Assembly (NCBI GenBank): GCA_965240855.1
Contig: CBDEMG010000012.1
Location: 2,307-66,306, forward strand
DNA from: an uncultured Bacteroidia bacterium
GTDB lineage: Bacteria; Bacteroidota; Bacteroidia; Bacteroidales; CAJPTX01
Length of the DNA stretch: 64,000 bases
Direction of reading: 5' to 3'
The notes under the pieces are model-generated. The model did not search any database. It had not been told where the DNA came from and worked only from the letters and a program-made list of their open reading frames with translations. Below, one piece after another: positions 29,812-38,802 of the stretch (positions are counted from its first letter, which is position 1; each line of letters begins with the position of its first letter). The position numbers and the translations under genes were made by a program.

Positions 29812-31065
29812 CTACGCGTTTTTCTTGAAAATTAGAGATGAGTTATGACCTCCGAACCCAAAGGTATTGGAGAGAGCATAACGAATCTCGCGCGCTACGG
29901 GTTTGTTCGGCGTCAGTTGCAAGCTTGGGTCTATTGCAGGATCTACCTCGTGAAGGTTGATAGTAGGAGGCACGAGTGAGTGCTGCATAGCCATAATACA
30001 AGCTACGGATTCGATCGCACCAGCAGCTCCTAAAAGATGTCCAGTCATAGACTTAGTAGAACTAATATTGAGCTTCTTTGCATCTTCGCCAAAGACCTTT
30101 AGTACGGCTTTCAATTCGGGGAGATCGCCAGCTGGAGTAGAAGTACCATGTACATTGATATAATCTACATCGCAAGGTTTTATCCCAGCCTCCTCTATCG
30201 CTAACTGCATTACGGTAGCAGCGCCCAGACCTTCTGGATGTGGTGCAGTAAGATGATAAGCATCTGCAGTCATGGCCGTTCCGACCACCTCGGCATATAT
30301 CTTAGCACCACGTGCTTTTGCGTGCTCATACTCTTCCAAGATAAGAGCACCAGCTCCTTCGCCTAACACAAAGCCATCGCGATCTTTATCAAAAGGTCGT
30401 GAAGCGGAGGTCGGATCGTCATTGCGTGTAGATAGTGCTTGCATCGAACTAAAGCCACCCAAACCAGCGGGGTTGATTGCTGCCTCAGAACCTCCCGAGA
30501 TAAATAAATCTGCCTTTCCCAAACGGATAAGATTAGTGGCATCCACCAGAGCGTGCGTAGAAGAGGCACAAGCCGATACTGTTGTGTAGTTTGGCCCTCT
30601 GTAGCCGTATTTCATCGCAATAAGTCCTGCTGCGATATCTGAGATCATCTTTGGGATGAAAAACGGATTGAAACGCGGTGTACCATCGCCTTTAAAGAAT
30701 TCTACAGCCTCGTTCCAAAAAGTATGAATCCCGCCGATCCCCGATCCCCAGACAACCCCAGCTCTCTCAGGGGCAACTACGCCGCTCTCCGTAAGCCCAG
30801 CATCCTGCACTGCTTGCTCTGCAGCAATTAGTGCATACTGAGAATAGAGATCCAGTTTACGAACTTCCTTGCGATCGAAATGTGACAGACTATCGTAGTT
30901 CTTCAATTCGCATGCAAAAGTCGTCTTAAACTTGCTCGCATCAAAACCATGTATAGGGGCTGCTCCACTGCGACCGTTCTTCAACGAATCCCAGAACTCC
31001 GCCAGATTATTTCCGATCGGGGTTAATGCGCCTAGCCCCGTGACAACGACTCGCTTAAGCTCCAT
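29812..31065 (-). CDS. fabF: Beta-ketoacyl-ACP synthase II
   Basis: The active-site Cys is in VSACASS, and the motifs HGTSTPAGD and GHLLGAAG are present. Length is 417 aa. Confidence 0.95.
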   Translation of the reverse strand: MELKRVVVTGLGALTPIGNNLAEFWDSLKNGRSGAAPIHGFDASKFKTTFACELKNYDSLSHFDRKEVRKLDLYSQYALIAAEQAVQDAGLTESGVVAPERAGVVWGSGIGGIHTFWNEAVEFFKGDGTPRFNPFFIPKMISDIAAGLIAMKYGYRGPNYTTVSACASSTHALVDATNLIRLGKADLFISGGSEAAINPAGLGGFSSMQALSTRNDDPTSASRPFDKDRDGFVLGEGAGALILEEYEHAKARGAKIYAEVVGTAMTADAYHLTAPHPEGLGAATVMQLAIEEAGIKPCDVDYINVHGTSTPAGDLPELKAVLKVFGEDAKKLNISSTKSMTGHLLGAAGAIESVACIMAMQHSLVPPTINLHEVDPAIDPSLQLTPNKPVAREIRYALSNTFGFGGHNSSLIFKKNA

Positions 31066-31130
31066 CCTCTGTCTCTGATTTAATGTTCCTGTTTACCGTC
31101 CTTTCGCAGCTCATTCTGTTTGCTACGAAT

Positions 31131-31364
31131 TTAAGCAACGTGCGAATCTACGTATTTAATCGCGTCGCCTACCGTCTTGATGGTCTCAGCGTCTTCATCT
31201 GGAATGGTGATGCCAAAAGCCTTTTCCAATTCCATAATCAGCTCTACTGTATCCAACGAATCTGCGCCCAAATCATTTGTAAAGCTTGCGGTTTCAACTA
31301 CTGCGCTTGCTTCTACACCCAACTTCTCAACAATTATGTCCTTTACTCTTTCTGCTGAACTCAT
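31131..31364 (-). CDS. acpP: Acyl carrier protein
   Basis: The phosphopantetheine-attachment motif [17 protein letters not shown] is present. ATG 31364 is preferred over the track's TTG 31373. Confidence 0.93.
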   Translation of the reverse strand: MSSAERVKDIIVEKLGVEASAVVETASFTNDLGADSLDTVELIMELEKAFGITIPDEDAETIKTVGDAIKYVDSHVA

Positions 31365-31442
31365 GATTTTCAAATTTTATTATGGTTTACTCTCTAGAGA
31401 ACGATTTTGTTACTTAACAACAAAAAATATCTCTCAGCAATG

Positions 31443-31450
31443 CAAAGGTA
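31443..31450 (-). promoter_or_regulatory. -7 promoter box TACCTTTG upstream of acpP
   Basis: The plus-strand CAAAGGTA is an exact TAnnTTTG on the minus strand, about 78 nt upstream of ATG 31364. Confidence 0.4.
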
Positions 31451-31499
31451 GAGTAATTTTTTCTAATTTAGTGTTGTTATGCATAGTAGAGAATTACCT

Positions 31500-32063
31500 A
31501 TGATTCGTGTTGCTATTTTTGCTTCTGGCAATGGTACTAATGCGCAGGCTCTAATAGACTATTTTAAGGCTTCTAATTCGGTGTGTATAGCGCTCCTTCT
31601 ATCAAACCGACGCGATGCCTTTGCACTCGAGCGTGCAGCAAAAGAAAAGATTCCAGCAGTCCTTCTTACAAAAGACTCATCTCCTGAGGAGCAGCTGGCA
31701 TATTTGCGTGAGTATCATATCGATTTTGTTGTGCTTGCTGGTTATCTAGCCCTTGTCCCCCAAGCGCTTATTAGTGCTTATCCTCGACGGATAGTAAACC
31801 TCCACCCAGCTCTTTTGCCTAAGTATGGTGGTCGAGGAATGTACGGTGAGCATGTGCATCGTGCTGTTTTGCAAGCTCAAGAATTATTTTCAGGCATTAC
31901 CGTACATTATGTCGATGAACATTATGATACAGGGGCTATGATTTTACAAGCAACTTGCGCGGTGTTCTCTAACGATACTCCAGCAAGTCTGGCAACCCGC
32001 ATTCATGCCCTTGAACACTATTATTTACCACGAGTTGTAGATTTACTATGTGCTGCAATCTAA
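31500..32063 (+). CDS. purN: Phosphoribosylglycinamide formyltransferase
   Basis: Motifs IAIFASGNGTNAQ and NLHPALLPKYGG identify it. ATG 31479 is an alternative start. Confidence 0.9.
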   Translation: MIRVAIFASGNGTNAQALIDYFKASNSVCIALLLSNRRDAFALERAAKEKIPAVLLTKDSSPEEQLAYLREYHIDFVVLAGYLALVPQALISAYPRRIVNLHPALLPKYGGRGMYGEHVHRAVLQAQELFSGITVHYVDEHYDTGAMILQATCAVFSNDTPASLATRIHALEHYYLPRVVDLLCAAI

Positions 32064-32202
32064 GCAGACATTGCATACTCGCTCCCACGAAGCATTGTTA
32101 TTTATCATCAAATTTCGTATGATCGCACCTCAGTGGGGTGTATATTCTAACCTACCGTTAAGTAATCTCTAAATGTGTTGTATCAAGTTGCACCCCAATG
32201 TA

Positions 32203-32243
32203 TAAAAAGAGACGCAATAGGAAGAATATCCTGTCGCGTCTCG
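32203..32243 (-). terminator. Intrinsic terminator of rpoD
   Basis: On the minus strand, GAGACGC..GCGUCUC (7 bp plus an inner AGGA/UCCU pairing) is followed by UUUUUAUA, 27 nt after the rpoD stop. Confidence 0.75.
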
Positions 32244-32269
32244 AAAATATATTCTTGAAAAATAAGACT

Positions 32270-33133
32270 TTAGCCCAAATAGGCTTTTAGGTTTTTCGAA
32301 CGACTTGAGTGACGGAGACGACGTATAGCTTTCTCTTTGATCTGACGTACACGCTCGCGCGTGAGTTTAAATTCTTCAGAGATCTCCTCTAAGGTCTTTT
32401 CTTGGCATTCGCCCAGACCGAAGAATGATTTGATAATATCCCTCTCTCGTTCGTTCAATGTAGCAAGCGCGCGTTCAATCTCGCGTTTTAAACTCTCTTC
32501 CATAAGTCCATTGTCAGCTCTAGGCGAATCTGGGTTTGTAAGGACATCGAGCAAGCTATTATCTTCGCCTTCGACAAAAGGGGCATCTATCGAGACGTGA
32601 CGTCCAGAGACTCGCAGACTGTCTGCTATTTTTTCTTTGGGCATATTGGTCTCGTTTGCTAACTCTTCTACCGAGGGTGTTCGCTCGTTCTCTTGTTCGA
32701 ACTTTGCCATCGCCTTGTTGATCTTATTGAGCGCTCCTACCTGATTTAGTGGGAGGCGAACGATACGCGACTGTTCGGCTAGAGCCTGTAAGATAGACTG
32801 CCGTATCCACCATACGGCATACGAAATAAACTTGAAGCCGCGCGTTTCGTCAAACTTCTCGGCAGCTCGGATCAATCCTAGATTTCCTTCATTGATTAGG
32901 TCGGGGAGACTCAGCCCCTGATTTTGATATTGTTTGGCAACGGATACGACAAAACGTAAATTAGCTCGCGTAAGCTTCTCGAGCGACTCGTGATCGCCCT
33001 TACGAATTTTTTGCGCTAATTCCACTTCCTCGTCTGCAGAGATCAAATCCTCCTTACCAATCTCTTGGAGGTATTTGTCTAGCGACGCGCTTTCACGATT
33101 TGTGATAGACTTTGAGATTTTGAGTTGCCTCAT
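32270..33133 (-). CDS. rpoD: Primary RNA polymerase sigma factor (Bacteroidota sigma-A type, 287 aa)
   Basis: The N-terminus [26 protein letters not shown] is characteristic. Region 2 ([25 protein letters not shown]) and region 4 ([23 protein letters not shown]) are both present. The track start at 33142 is TTG. Confidence 0.95.
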   Translation of the reverse strand: MRQLKISKSITNRESASLDKYLQEIGKEDLISADEEVELAQKIRKGDHESLEKLTRANLRFVVSVAKQYQNQGLSLPDLINEGNLGLIRAAEKFDETRGFKFISYAVWWIRQSILQALAEQSRIVRLPLNQVGALNKINKAMAKFEQENERTPSVEELANETNMPKEKIADSLRVSGRHVSIDAPFVEGEDNSLLDVLTNPDSPRADNGLMEESLKREIERALATLNERERDIIKSFFGLGECQEKTLEEISEEFKLTRERVRQIKEKAIRRLRHSSRSKNLKAYLG

Positions 33134-33355
33134 GCTGTACAAATTTTAAGTGAGACTTTTTGCTTTATACGTTATACACCGTTTGTTGTAAATTACAGAA
33201 TTCTGAATCTTGTCAAGGTTTTCTTTATAGAAAAGAAACGGAGATTAAAAAAAAATGTTGCGAAAAATTCTAGAAATATTCAAGTTTTCTACAATACTTT
33301 TTGTGTGAATTTTAGGAAATTCTTGGTTTAGTTGAGATAATTGATGATAGATCGA

Positions 33356-33991
33356 CTACTCGCTGCAGTTCATATATCCAGTAAAAAAGCTGTTTTTGCG
33401 CCAAAACCCAAGTTTGAATATATCGCCTTTCCGTAGTGGTTTGAGTTGGAGGTTTAGTTCATGGCGGGAGGTTATAGGGTTGTCATCAATGGTTTGTAAT
33501 AAATCGCCTGCATGAAGTATGCACTCACCTCTTTTTGGAACGAGTGATAGTAATACTGGTATTCCGCCACATCGATTCGCCTCATCTACATGATAATGTT
33601 CGCCTATGTACAGGTTTGGTATTCTTTCTACGCGATATTGTTCAACTATTTGAGTACAGATTGCTTCCCTAATGTCGTGCTCTAGGGTGGTGTAGAAGCG
33701 AGCGGCCGTAGGCTTATCTTTTACTCTGGTGAGTGTATTGAGTAGTCCTAAATTACCAGCCATAATTCTAGCAGTTATCACTACGCCTCTGTCGTCATAC
33801 TCTTTTGCGATACGAAAAACCAGCGGTAAGTAGGTTGTCAAATAGCTGTTTAGGGCGATTAGACTCCCGTTTTCTATTCGTTCCCGTATTTGCAACAGTT
33901 CGGATACGGTATAGCCGAAATATTCCTTTTTCGTGAGGTATGCTGATTTGGTGCGATTAGAGCTCGTTGCTACTTTGCAAGACGACCTCAA
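33356..33991 (-). CDS. Hypothetical chimeric protein: sigma-70 region 1.2-2.4-like domain + PDZ-like domain (no regions 3/4)
   Basis: The ORF is colinear with the neighbouring RpoD region 2 (LVFRIAKEYDDRG-8 aa-GNLGL ... IREAICTQIVEQYRVERIP). The C-terminus has a PDZ-like pattern. There is no ATG start: candidates are TTG 33991, which overlaps htrA by 35 nt, or TTG 33895. Confidence 0.5.
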   Translation of the reverse strand: MRSSCKVATSSNRTKSAYLTKKEYFGYTVSELLQIRERIENGSLIALNSYLTTYLPLVFRIAKEYDDRGVVITARIMAGNLGLLNTLTRVKDKPTAARFYTTLEHDIREAICTQIVEQYRVERIPNLYIGEHYHVDEANRCGGIPVLLSLVPKRGECILHAGDLLQTIDDNPITSRHELNLQLKPLRKGDIFKLGFWRKNSFFTGYMNCSE

Positions 33992-35126
33992 CGGTGTACA
34001 ATTCTCTGTTGCGCATATAGGTTACGCGAACTCTCGTGCTGGGTCGTTTACTCCCGATGAGCTTGTTTACTTGTGCGATGCTGCGAATAGCTTTCCCATC
34101 GATAGCTGTAATTACGTCGCCTTGTTTTAGTCCCGCTTTGGCTGCAGCACTATTTTGTTTTATTTGAGCAACAACTACCCCTTCTTGTTTACCTCCCGTG
34201 AGAATTTTCGCTAGGTGGGGGCGTAACTCCGTAAGAACGACCCCTAGCACACCGCGTTCTACAGCCCCGTTGTGCTGTGTAACATTTTCTAAGAATTCGC
34301 GCACAATATTCTCAGGAATACTAAAAGCATAGCCTGCAAATGTTCCAGTAGGAGAGGCTATTGCAGTGTTGATCCCCACCAAATCGCCTTGTAGGTTCAC
34401 GAGCGCGCCTCCACTATTGCCAGGGTTTACTGCAGCATCTACTTGGATGAACGATTCGATCGCTACGCGTCCCGATTGCAAATTGAGTGATCGAGCCTTG
34501 GCACTTACAATGCCTGCCGTTACGGTTGTTTCCAAATCGAAAGGATTGCCAATGGCGAGCACCCAATTCCCAACACGTAAACTATCTGCAGAACCGAAGT
34601 GAATAGCTTTGAGTGGTGTGGTGGGATAGGAGCGTAGTAGTGCGAGATCTATGGCAGGATCGCGAGCAAGCACCTCGGCATTAAGCACCTCTTGACTAGA
34701 TAGTGTTACAGTCACTTTCTTGGCGTTCTCTACAACATGGTTGTTAGTAATAATGAGTCCATCGGTCGAAATAATAACACCAGACCCAGATGAAGAGACG
34801 CGTTGCTGGATATTAGGTTGTGGTCCAAAAAAGAATTCGTAGATAGATCCTCGATAAGGACTTTCGCGCTCAATGATCGATTGTACGCGTACATGTACCA
34901 CAGAAGGCGAGGCTTTGGCTGCTGCATCGATAAACGATTTTTCAAAATCGGTGCACTGGTATCGGTAGCCAAGAGAGTCTTGCCACCCCGTTTCGTTTTC
35001 TGAAGATTTTTGTTTGTGTGCCAATTCGAAGGATTCGGGGAAGAATCGTAGTGCTAACCATGTACCGAATGCTCCAGCTAAGAGCATGAAAATTAATAGG
35101 AAAAGATATTTAAAAAAGCTTCGCAT
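33957..35126 (-). CDS. S1C (HtrA/DegS-like) serine protease, membrane-anchored, single PDZ
   Basis: An N-terminal TM helix is present. The catalytic triad motifs are TNNHV, DLALL and GNSGGALV. There is one C-terminal PDZ (GLKQGDVITAIDGKAI). Confidence 0.9.
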   Translation of the reverse strand: MRSFFKYLFLLIFMLLAGAFGTWLALRFFPESFELAHKQKSSENETGWQDSLGYRYQCTDFEKSFIDAAAKASPSVVHVRVQSIIERESPYRGSIYEFFFGPQPNIQQRVSSSGSGVIISTDGLIITNNHVVENAKKVTVTLSSQEVLNAEVLARDPAIDLALLRSYPTTPLKAIHFGSADSLRVGNWVLAIGNPFDLETTVTAGIVSAKARSLNLQSGRVAIESFIQVDAAVNPGNSGGALVNLQGDLVGINTAIASPTGTFAGYAFSIPENIVREFLENVTQHNGAVERGVLGVVLTELRPHLAKILTGGKQEGVVVAQIKQNSAAAKAGLKQGDVITAIDGKAIRSIAQVNKLIGSKRPSTRVRVTYMRNRELYTVEVVLQSSNEL

Positions 35127-35236
35127 GAATAGGATTTTTTGATATGATGCAACGTGTTTTTTGGTTGCATAGAAAACTTGCTAGTCTATTTTTTATTGTG
35201 TGGTGCAGAGATAATTATGTTAGGATTCTGTTTCTA

Positions 35237-36571
35237 TCAGGCAATTTTGCGTCTATTGAGTAGTAGGAGTGCAATTGTTAGTACACTCCCTTTGAGAATA
35301 CTGGAGACGGAGATTCCCCACCAGATACCAGCCAAGGAGTAGAATCCCCACCAGAGACCGAGAGGGATACGGAGAAGATTGAAACTAATGCCAACAATGG
35401 CGGGTGGTACGGTACGTCCGATTCCGTTAAATACAGCAGCACTTAGGATCTCGAGGATCATGAAGATTTGGGAGAATCCCATAATGAAAAGGTATTCTTT
35501 TCCTAAGCGCATAGCCTCGGCTTCTGGAATAAATAGTCCCATCAGTTCTGAACCGAAAAAGAGAAAAAGTATAGTGCTCACACATCCCATACTAGCCATA
35601 TATCCTAGAGTGATGCGATATCCTTTTTTTATTCGGAGAATATTCTGTGCCCCCCAATTTTGTCCTACAAAGCTTGTTAGTGCAGTGGCAAAGCCGCCTG
35701 CAGTCATCCACGAGATTGCTTCTATTTGTGCACCCACCGACTGTACTGCTATCCCCAAATCGCCCCACCGAGCCACAAAGCGTGCAATAACAAAAGCAAT
35801 GATAGCAAAGAGCCCGTTGTGTAATGTAACAGGAAGTCCTAAACGTACAATGCGTTGTGCAAATGAGCGGGAGAGTCGAAACCCCGACAACAGCTTGTGA
35901 AAGAGCGCTTTCTTTGGTATGTTGAGGATTACAAACATTAGTGCGACAAATGCTTGCGAGAGTGTGGTTGCGAGTGCAGCGCCAGCCACTTCTAATTTTG
36001 GGAAAAAGAGATAGCCTTCGATCAGAAGCGGATCGAGGAGGAGGTTGAGTACTAACCCCGTCCCATTGGCCCAGAAAGCGAGTTTGGCTTTTCCGCGTCC
36101 ATTGTAGAGACCAAAGAAAGTTGCATTGAGAAAAGCAAAAGGACTTCCGATGGCAACCAGTGTAAGGTATTCAATGGCGTAGCGCTTTGCTAGAGGCGAA
36201 GTAAAGGCAAAGTAAGCCACCAAAGGTGTGCGCAGTGCTACAAGGAGAAACCAATATATGAGTCCGAGTAGGAGGGCTAGGAATAGGGCGTGTTGAGCAT
36301 ATCGGTTGGCGCGTTGGTAAGTTCGAGCGCCTATACTTTGCGATATAGTAATTTCCGCACCTACTTTTGTGAGCATCCCCAAAGAGATCCCAAGCCAAGT
36401 AAACATCCCCATGGCTCCTACAGCGGCTGCTGCAATACCACTCAGATGACCGATCCAGTAGAAATCTGCCATATTATAGGCCATCTGAATAAAAGCAGTA
36501 CCCATGATGGGGAGGGCTAGCTTTAAGATTTGCGGTGTAATGCGTCCTCGTGTGAAATCTGATCTATCCAT
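35237..36571 (-). CDS. MATE family efflux transporter
   Basis: It is 444 aa with 12 predicted TM helices and the MATE N-terminal pattern (ILKLALPIMGTAFIQMAYNMADFYWIGHL). Confidence 0.88.
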   Translation of the reverse strand: MDRSDFTRGRITPQILKLALPIMGTAFIQMAYNMADFYWIGHLSGIAAAAVGAMGMFTWLGISLGMLTKVGAEITISQSIGARTYQRANRYAQHALFLALLLGLIYWFLLVALRTPLVAYFAFTSPLAKRYAIEYLTLVAIGSPFAFLNATFFGLYNGRGKAKLAFWANGTGLVLNLLLDPLLIEGYLFFPKLEVAGAALATTLSQAFVALMFVILNIPKKALFHKLLSGFRLSRSFAQRIVRLGLPVTLHNGLFAIIAFVIARFVARWGDLGIAVQSVGAQIEAISWMTAGGFATALTSFVGQNWGAQNILRIKKGYRITLGYMASMGCVSTILFLFFGSELMGLFIPEAEAMRLGKEYLFIMGFSQIFMILEILSAAVFNGIGRTVPPAIVGISFNLLRIPLGLWWGFYSLAGIWWGISVSSILKGSVLTIALLLLNRRKIA

Positions 36572-36575
36572 AGAT

Positions 36576-38222
36576 TTATAGATGTAGAAGAGATTGGAAG
36601 GCCTCTAGTAAGTCTTCGGATTCGATCTCCGAATTTAAGAGGAGGTTGCTCGTTGCGTAACGCTCTTTGACACGTTGCGACATTTGGCGTAGTGAGGTTG
36701 CAAAAAGTTGGTAGACAAATTGGTCGGCATACCCTCCGCGATCAAAGTAGGGTTGTGCTTTTTCATACACATCTCTCAGGGTTTGGTAGGCTTCGGCTGC
36801 TACGTCAATTTCGGCGAGGAGGGCGAGTTGTTTGAAGTGTAGGGAAAGGTGTTGATAGGTATAGGGTACGAAGCGTATGACGAAATTATTGCGCTCCTCC
36901 AACTGAGGGAGATAGTGTTGTATGTAGGCTGAGGATACGAACTCGAATATAAACATCCGTTCATTCAATAGCTCGGAGAGTTGAGTCATTAATGCTCGTA
37001 AGTTTTTTTGTTCGTCTAGAGTGGTTTGCGAGAGTAAGGGGAAATTGTGGAAGTAGATACAGCCCTTTTTGTAGCGATCAAGGAGTTTCTCTTGTTCTTG
37101 GGGAGAGAGCAAGAGTTTTTTCTGAAGATCCCATTCGTAGTAACCTTGGCTGTATGGCCAGTTCTCTATTTGGGAATATTGGTGTCGTAGTATTCTAGCA
37201 GCGTCGCGTTGTCCGAGCCCAGCTTGTCCAATAAAGAGAAAGGTATAGTTAAAGGATTGCTGTTCTTCGATGTATTGTGTGAGTTCTTTTTGAAGGATAG
37301 CAATATCTTCTAGTGGCGATACTTCATCAAAGCGAGGCGAACGTTGGTCTACGTAGAGCTCTGTAGTAAACGAGGCTAGAATCTCATCGCCTTTTACGGG
37401 GCGAAAGAGTAGACTCGCTGTACGGTTGTAGTCCTCTAGTAGACTTGTATATCGTTTTTGTATACGTTCGTCGGCTGTGACAAGGAAGGCGATCATATCG
37501 TTTATCCCCTTCCAAAGTATTGAAGTATCGAATGTATTTAAGCCAATACTCTGTGCAAAGGAATGGAGCTCGAATGGGAAGTTCACATCTGAATTGTCAG
37601 AATATGTACCCAACAAGTTGATTATCGATAGACAAAAGGGGGCGGTGTTGATTTGTGTGATTAGATAATCGAGATCGATCTGGAAATATTCGTTCTGGAG
37701 GAGAAAGTACGACTGTAGGAGGGGGAGACTACTGGGAGCTATCTCTGGAGTGAATTCGAAAACTGTACGCCACAAATAGTTGAGGAAACGGAGGTATTCT
37801 ATCTTCGTGAGCTTACTACGGAGTACTTGTTTGTTACGACGCTGTATGATGTGGAAAATATGTTGTACATGAAAGAGTGAGGCTTGAAAGAAGTCGTTCG
37901 AAAGCTTGGAGCAGGCATCGGATGTTGTACTAGGTACAGGGTACTGCTGTCTAAAGGCATTGGAGAGACGTTCTAGGAGTTCTGCAAAACGTATGTGAGG
38001 GTAGTAGAAGTTGCCTGCAGTGTCCTGTTCGATAAATCGGTGGTGGCGAGCAAAGTCGAGTGTAGAACGGACGATACTTTCGTTAAGATTCAGTTCATGA
38101 CTTATGCGTTGTAGGGGGTGTTGTAAGACCTCGAGTGGGAATTCCTCACGAAGAAATTCTGCGAAGAGTTTGTAGCCTTGTGGCGCTAAGAAAGACGTGT
38201 AGGTTGTGTTTGTTTCTGCCAT
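36576..38222 (-). CDS. Hypothetical protein: unknown N-terminal region + CbbX/SpoVK-like AAA+ module with degenerate Walker A and B
   Basis: The start is ATG 38222; the track's extension to 38363 overlaps the upstream gene. The P-loop position reads GQAGLGQRD (37203-37229) and the Walker B position reads CIYFHNF (37041-37061). The lid helices are colinear with the CbbX/SpoVK family. Confidence 0.6.
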   Translation of the reverse strand: MAETNTTYTSFLAPQGYKLFAEFLREEFPLEVLQHPLQRISHELNLNESIVRSTLDFARHHRFIEQDTAGNFYYPHIRFAELLERLSNAFRQQYPVPSTTSDACSKLSNDFFQASLFHVQHIFHIIQRRNKQVLRSKLTKIEYLRFLNYLWRTVFEFTPEIAPSSLPLLQSYFLLQNEYFQIDLDYLITQINTAPFCLSIINLLGTYSDNSDVNFPFELHSFAQSIGLNTFDTSILWKGINDMIAFLVTADERIQKRYTSLLEDYNRTASLLFRPVKGDEILASFTTELYVDQRSPRFDEVSPLEDIAILQKELTQYIEEQQSFNYTFLFIGQAGLGQRDAARILRHQYSQIENWPYSQGYYEWDLQKKLLLSPQEQEKLLDRYKKGCIYFHNFPLLSQTTLDEQKNLRALMTQLSELLNERMFIFEFVSSAYIQHYLPQLEERNNFVIRFVPYTYQHLSLHFKQLALLAEIDVAAEAYQTLRDVYEKAQPYFDRGGYADQFVYQLFATSLRQMSQRVKERYATSNLLLNSEIESEDLLEAFQSLLHL

Positions 38223-38230
38223 GAGTATTT

Positions 38231-38782
38231 TTATGCTCGGAGGAGTTCGTCTAGGAGTAAGGTTTCGTCCATACTTAGCAATACTCGTGTGGGGAATCGG
38301 AATGGTAGAGGAGTGTCTAATAGTGGGAAGAGTAACCAATCGCCCGCATTGAGGGTCATCCATTCACAAAGTGTTTGTAATCGGGTTTCTAAATATTTAT
38401 AGGAAGGAGGTTTTACTGTTTGCGTTATATCACTATGACTCTCGTAGAGTGTAAAACCTTCAATAGATTCCCATGTAATTTGTTCGAACGAAAGAGTCGC
38501 TCCTGCGATGATAGTGCGGTCTTCGCTATAAATGCGTGTAGGTGTAGCATCTAGCAGAGCGAGTGTCTCATTGGCTAAATGAAAGGCGACTCCGAAACGG
38601 TCGCAAAGTTTGTACAGTTCCCTGCTTACGGTTCGAGAATTACTCTTTATGTGCAAGTATACGCATGGCATAAGACTATAGCTACAATCAGGGTTGTAAT
38701 AGTATACTTCGCCGCGATTGGTGCGTGCGGTATCCGAACAGAGGACGCACCCGTTAGCCTCGAGTATTCGCAATATTTTCAT
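38231..38782 (-). CDS. Hypothetical 183-aa protein with an N-terminal CxxC-x17-C-x6-C cluster
   Basis: The ORF starts at an ATG and its stop is 8 nt upstream of the next gene's ATG. I recognise no family for it. Confidence 0.55.
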   Translation of the reverse strand: MKILRILEANGCVLCSDTARTNRGEVYYYNPDCSYSLMPCVYLHIKSNSRTVSRELYKLCDRFGVAFHLANETLALLDATPTRIYSEDRTIIAGATLSFEQITWESIEGFTLYESHSDITQTVKPPSYKYLETRLQTLCEWMTLNAGDWLLFPLLDTPLPFRFPTRVLLSMDETLLLDELLRA

Positions 38783-38802
38783 TTCTGGAGTCCCGTTCTA
38801 GT

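Noticed and set aside
35379-35900. A 173-aa plus-strand ORF antisense to the MATE transporter. The same situation applies at 26600-27064 (antisense to tlyA), 18697-19143 (antisense to the SPOR gene), and 24957-25541 (inside or antisense to cydA).
   Set aside because: All lie inside genes with unambiguous family motifs on the other strand or in another frame. They have junk-like composition and no motifs.
38223-38363. A 47-codon N-terminal extension of the 595-aa track ORF, which overlaps the 3' end of the 183-aa gene.
   Set aside because: The extension begins at a weak alternative context and overlaps the upstream CDS by 133 nt. ATG 38222 sits 8 nt after that gene's stop, which gives a normal operon junction.
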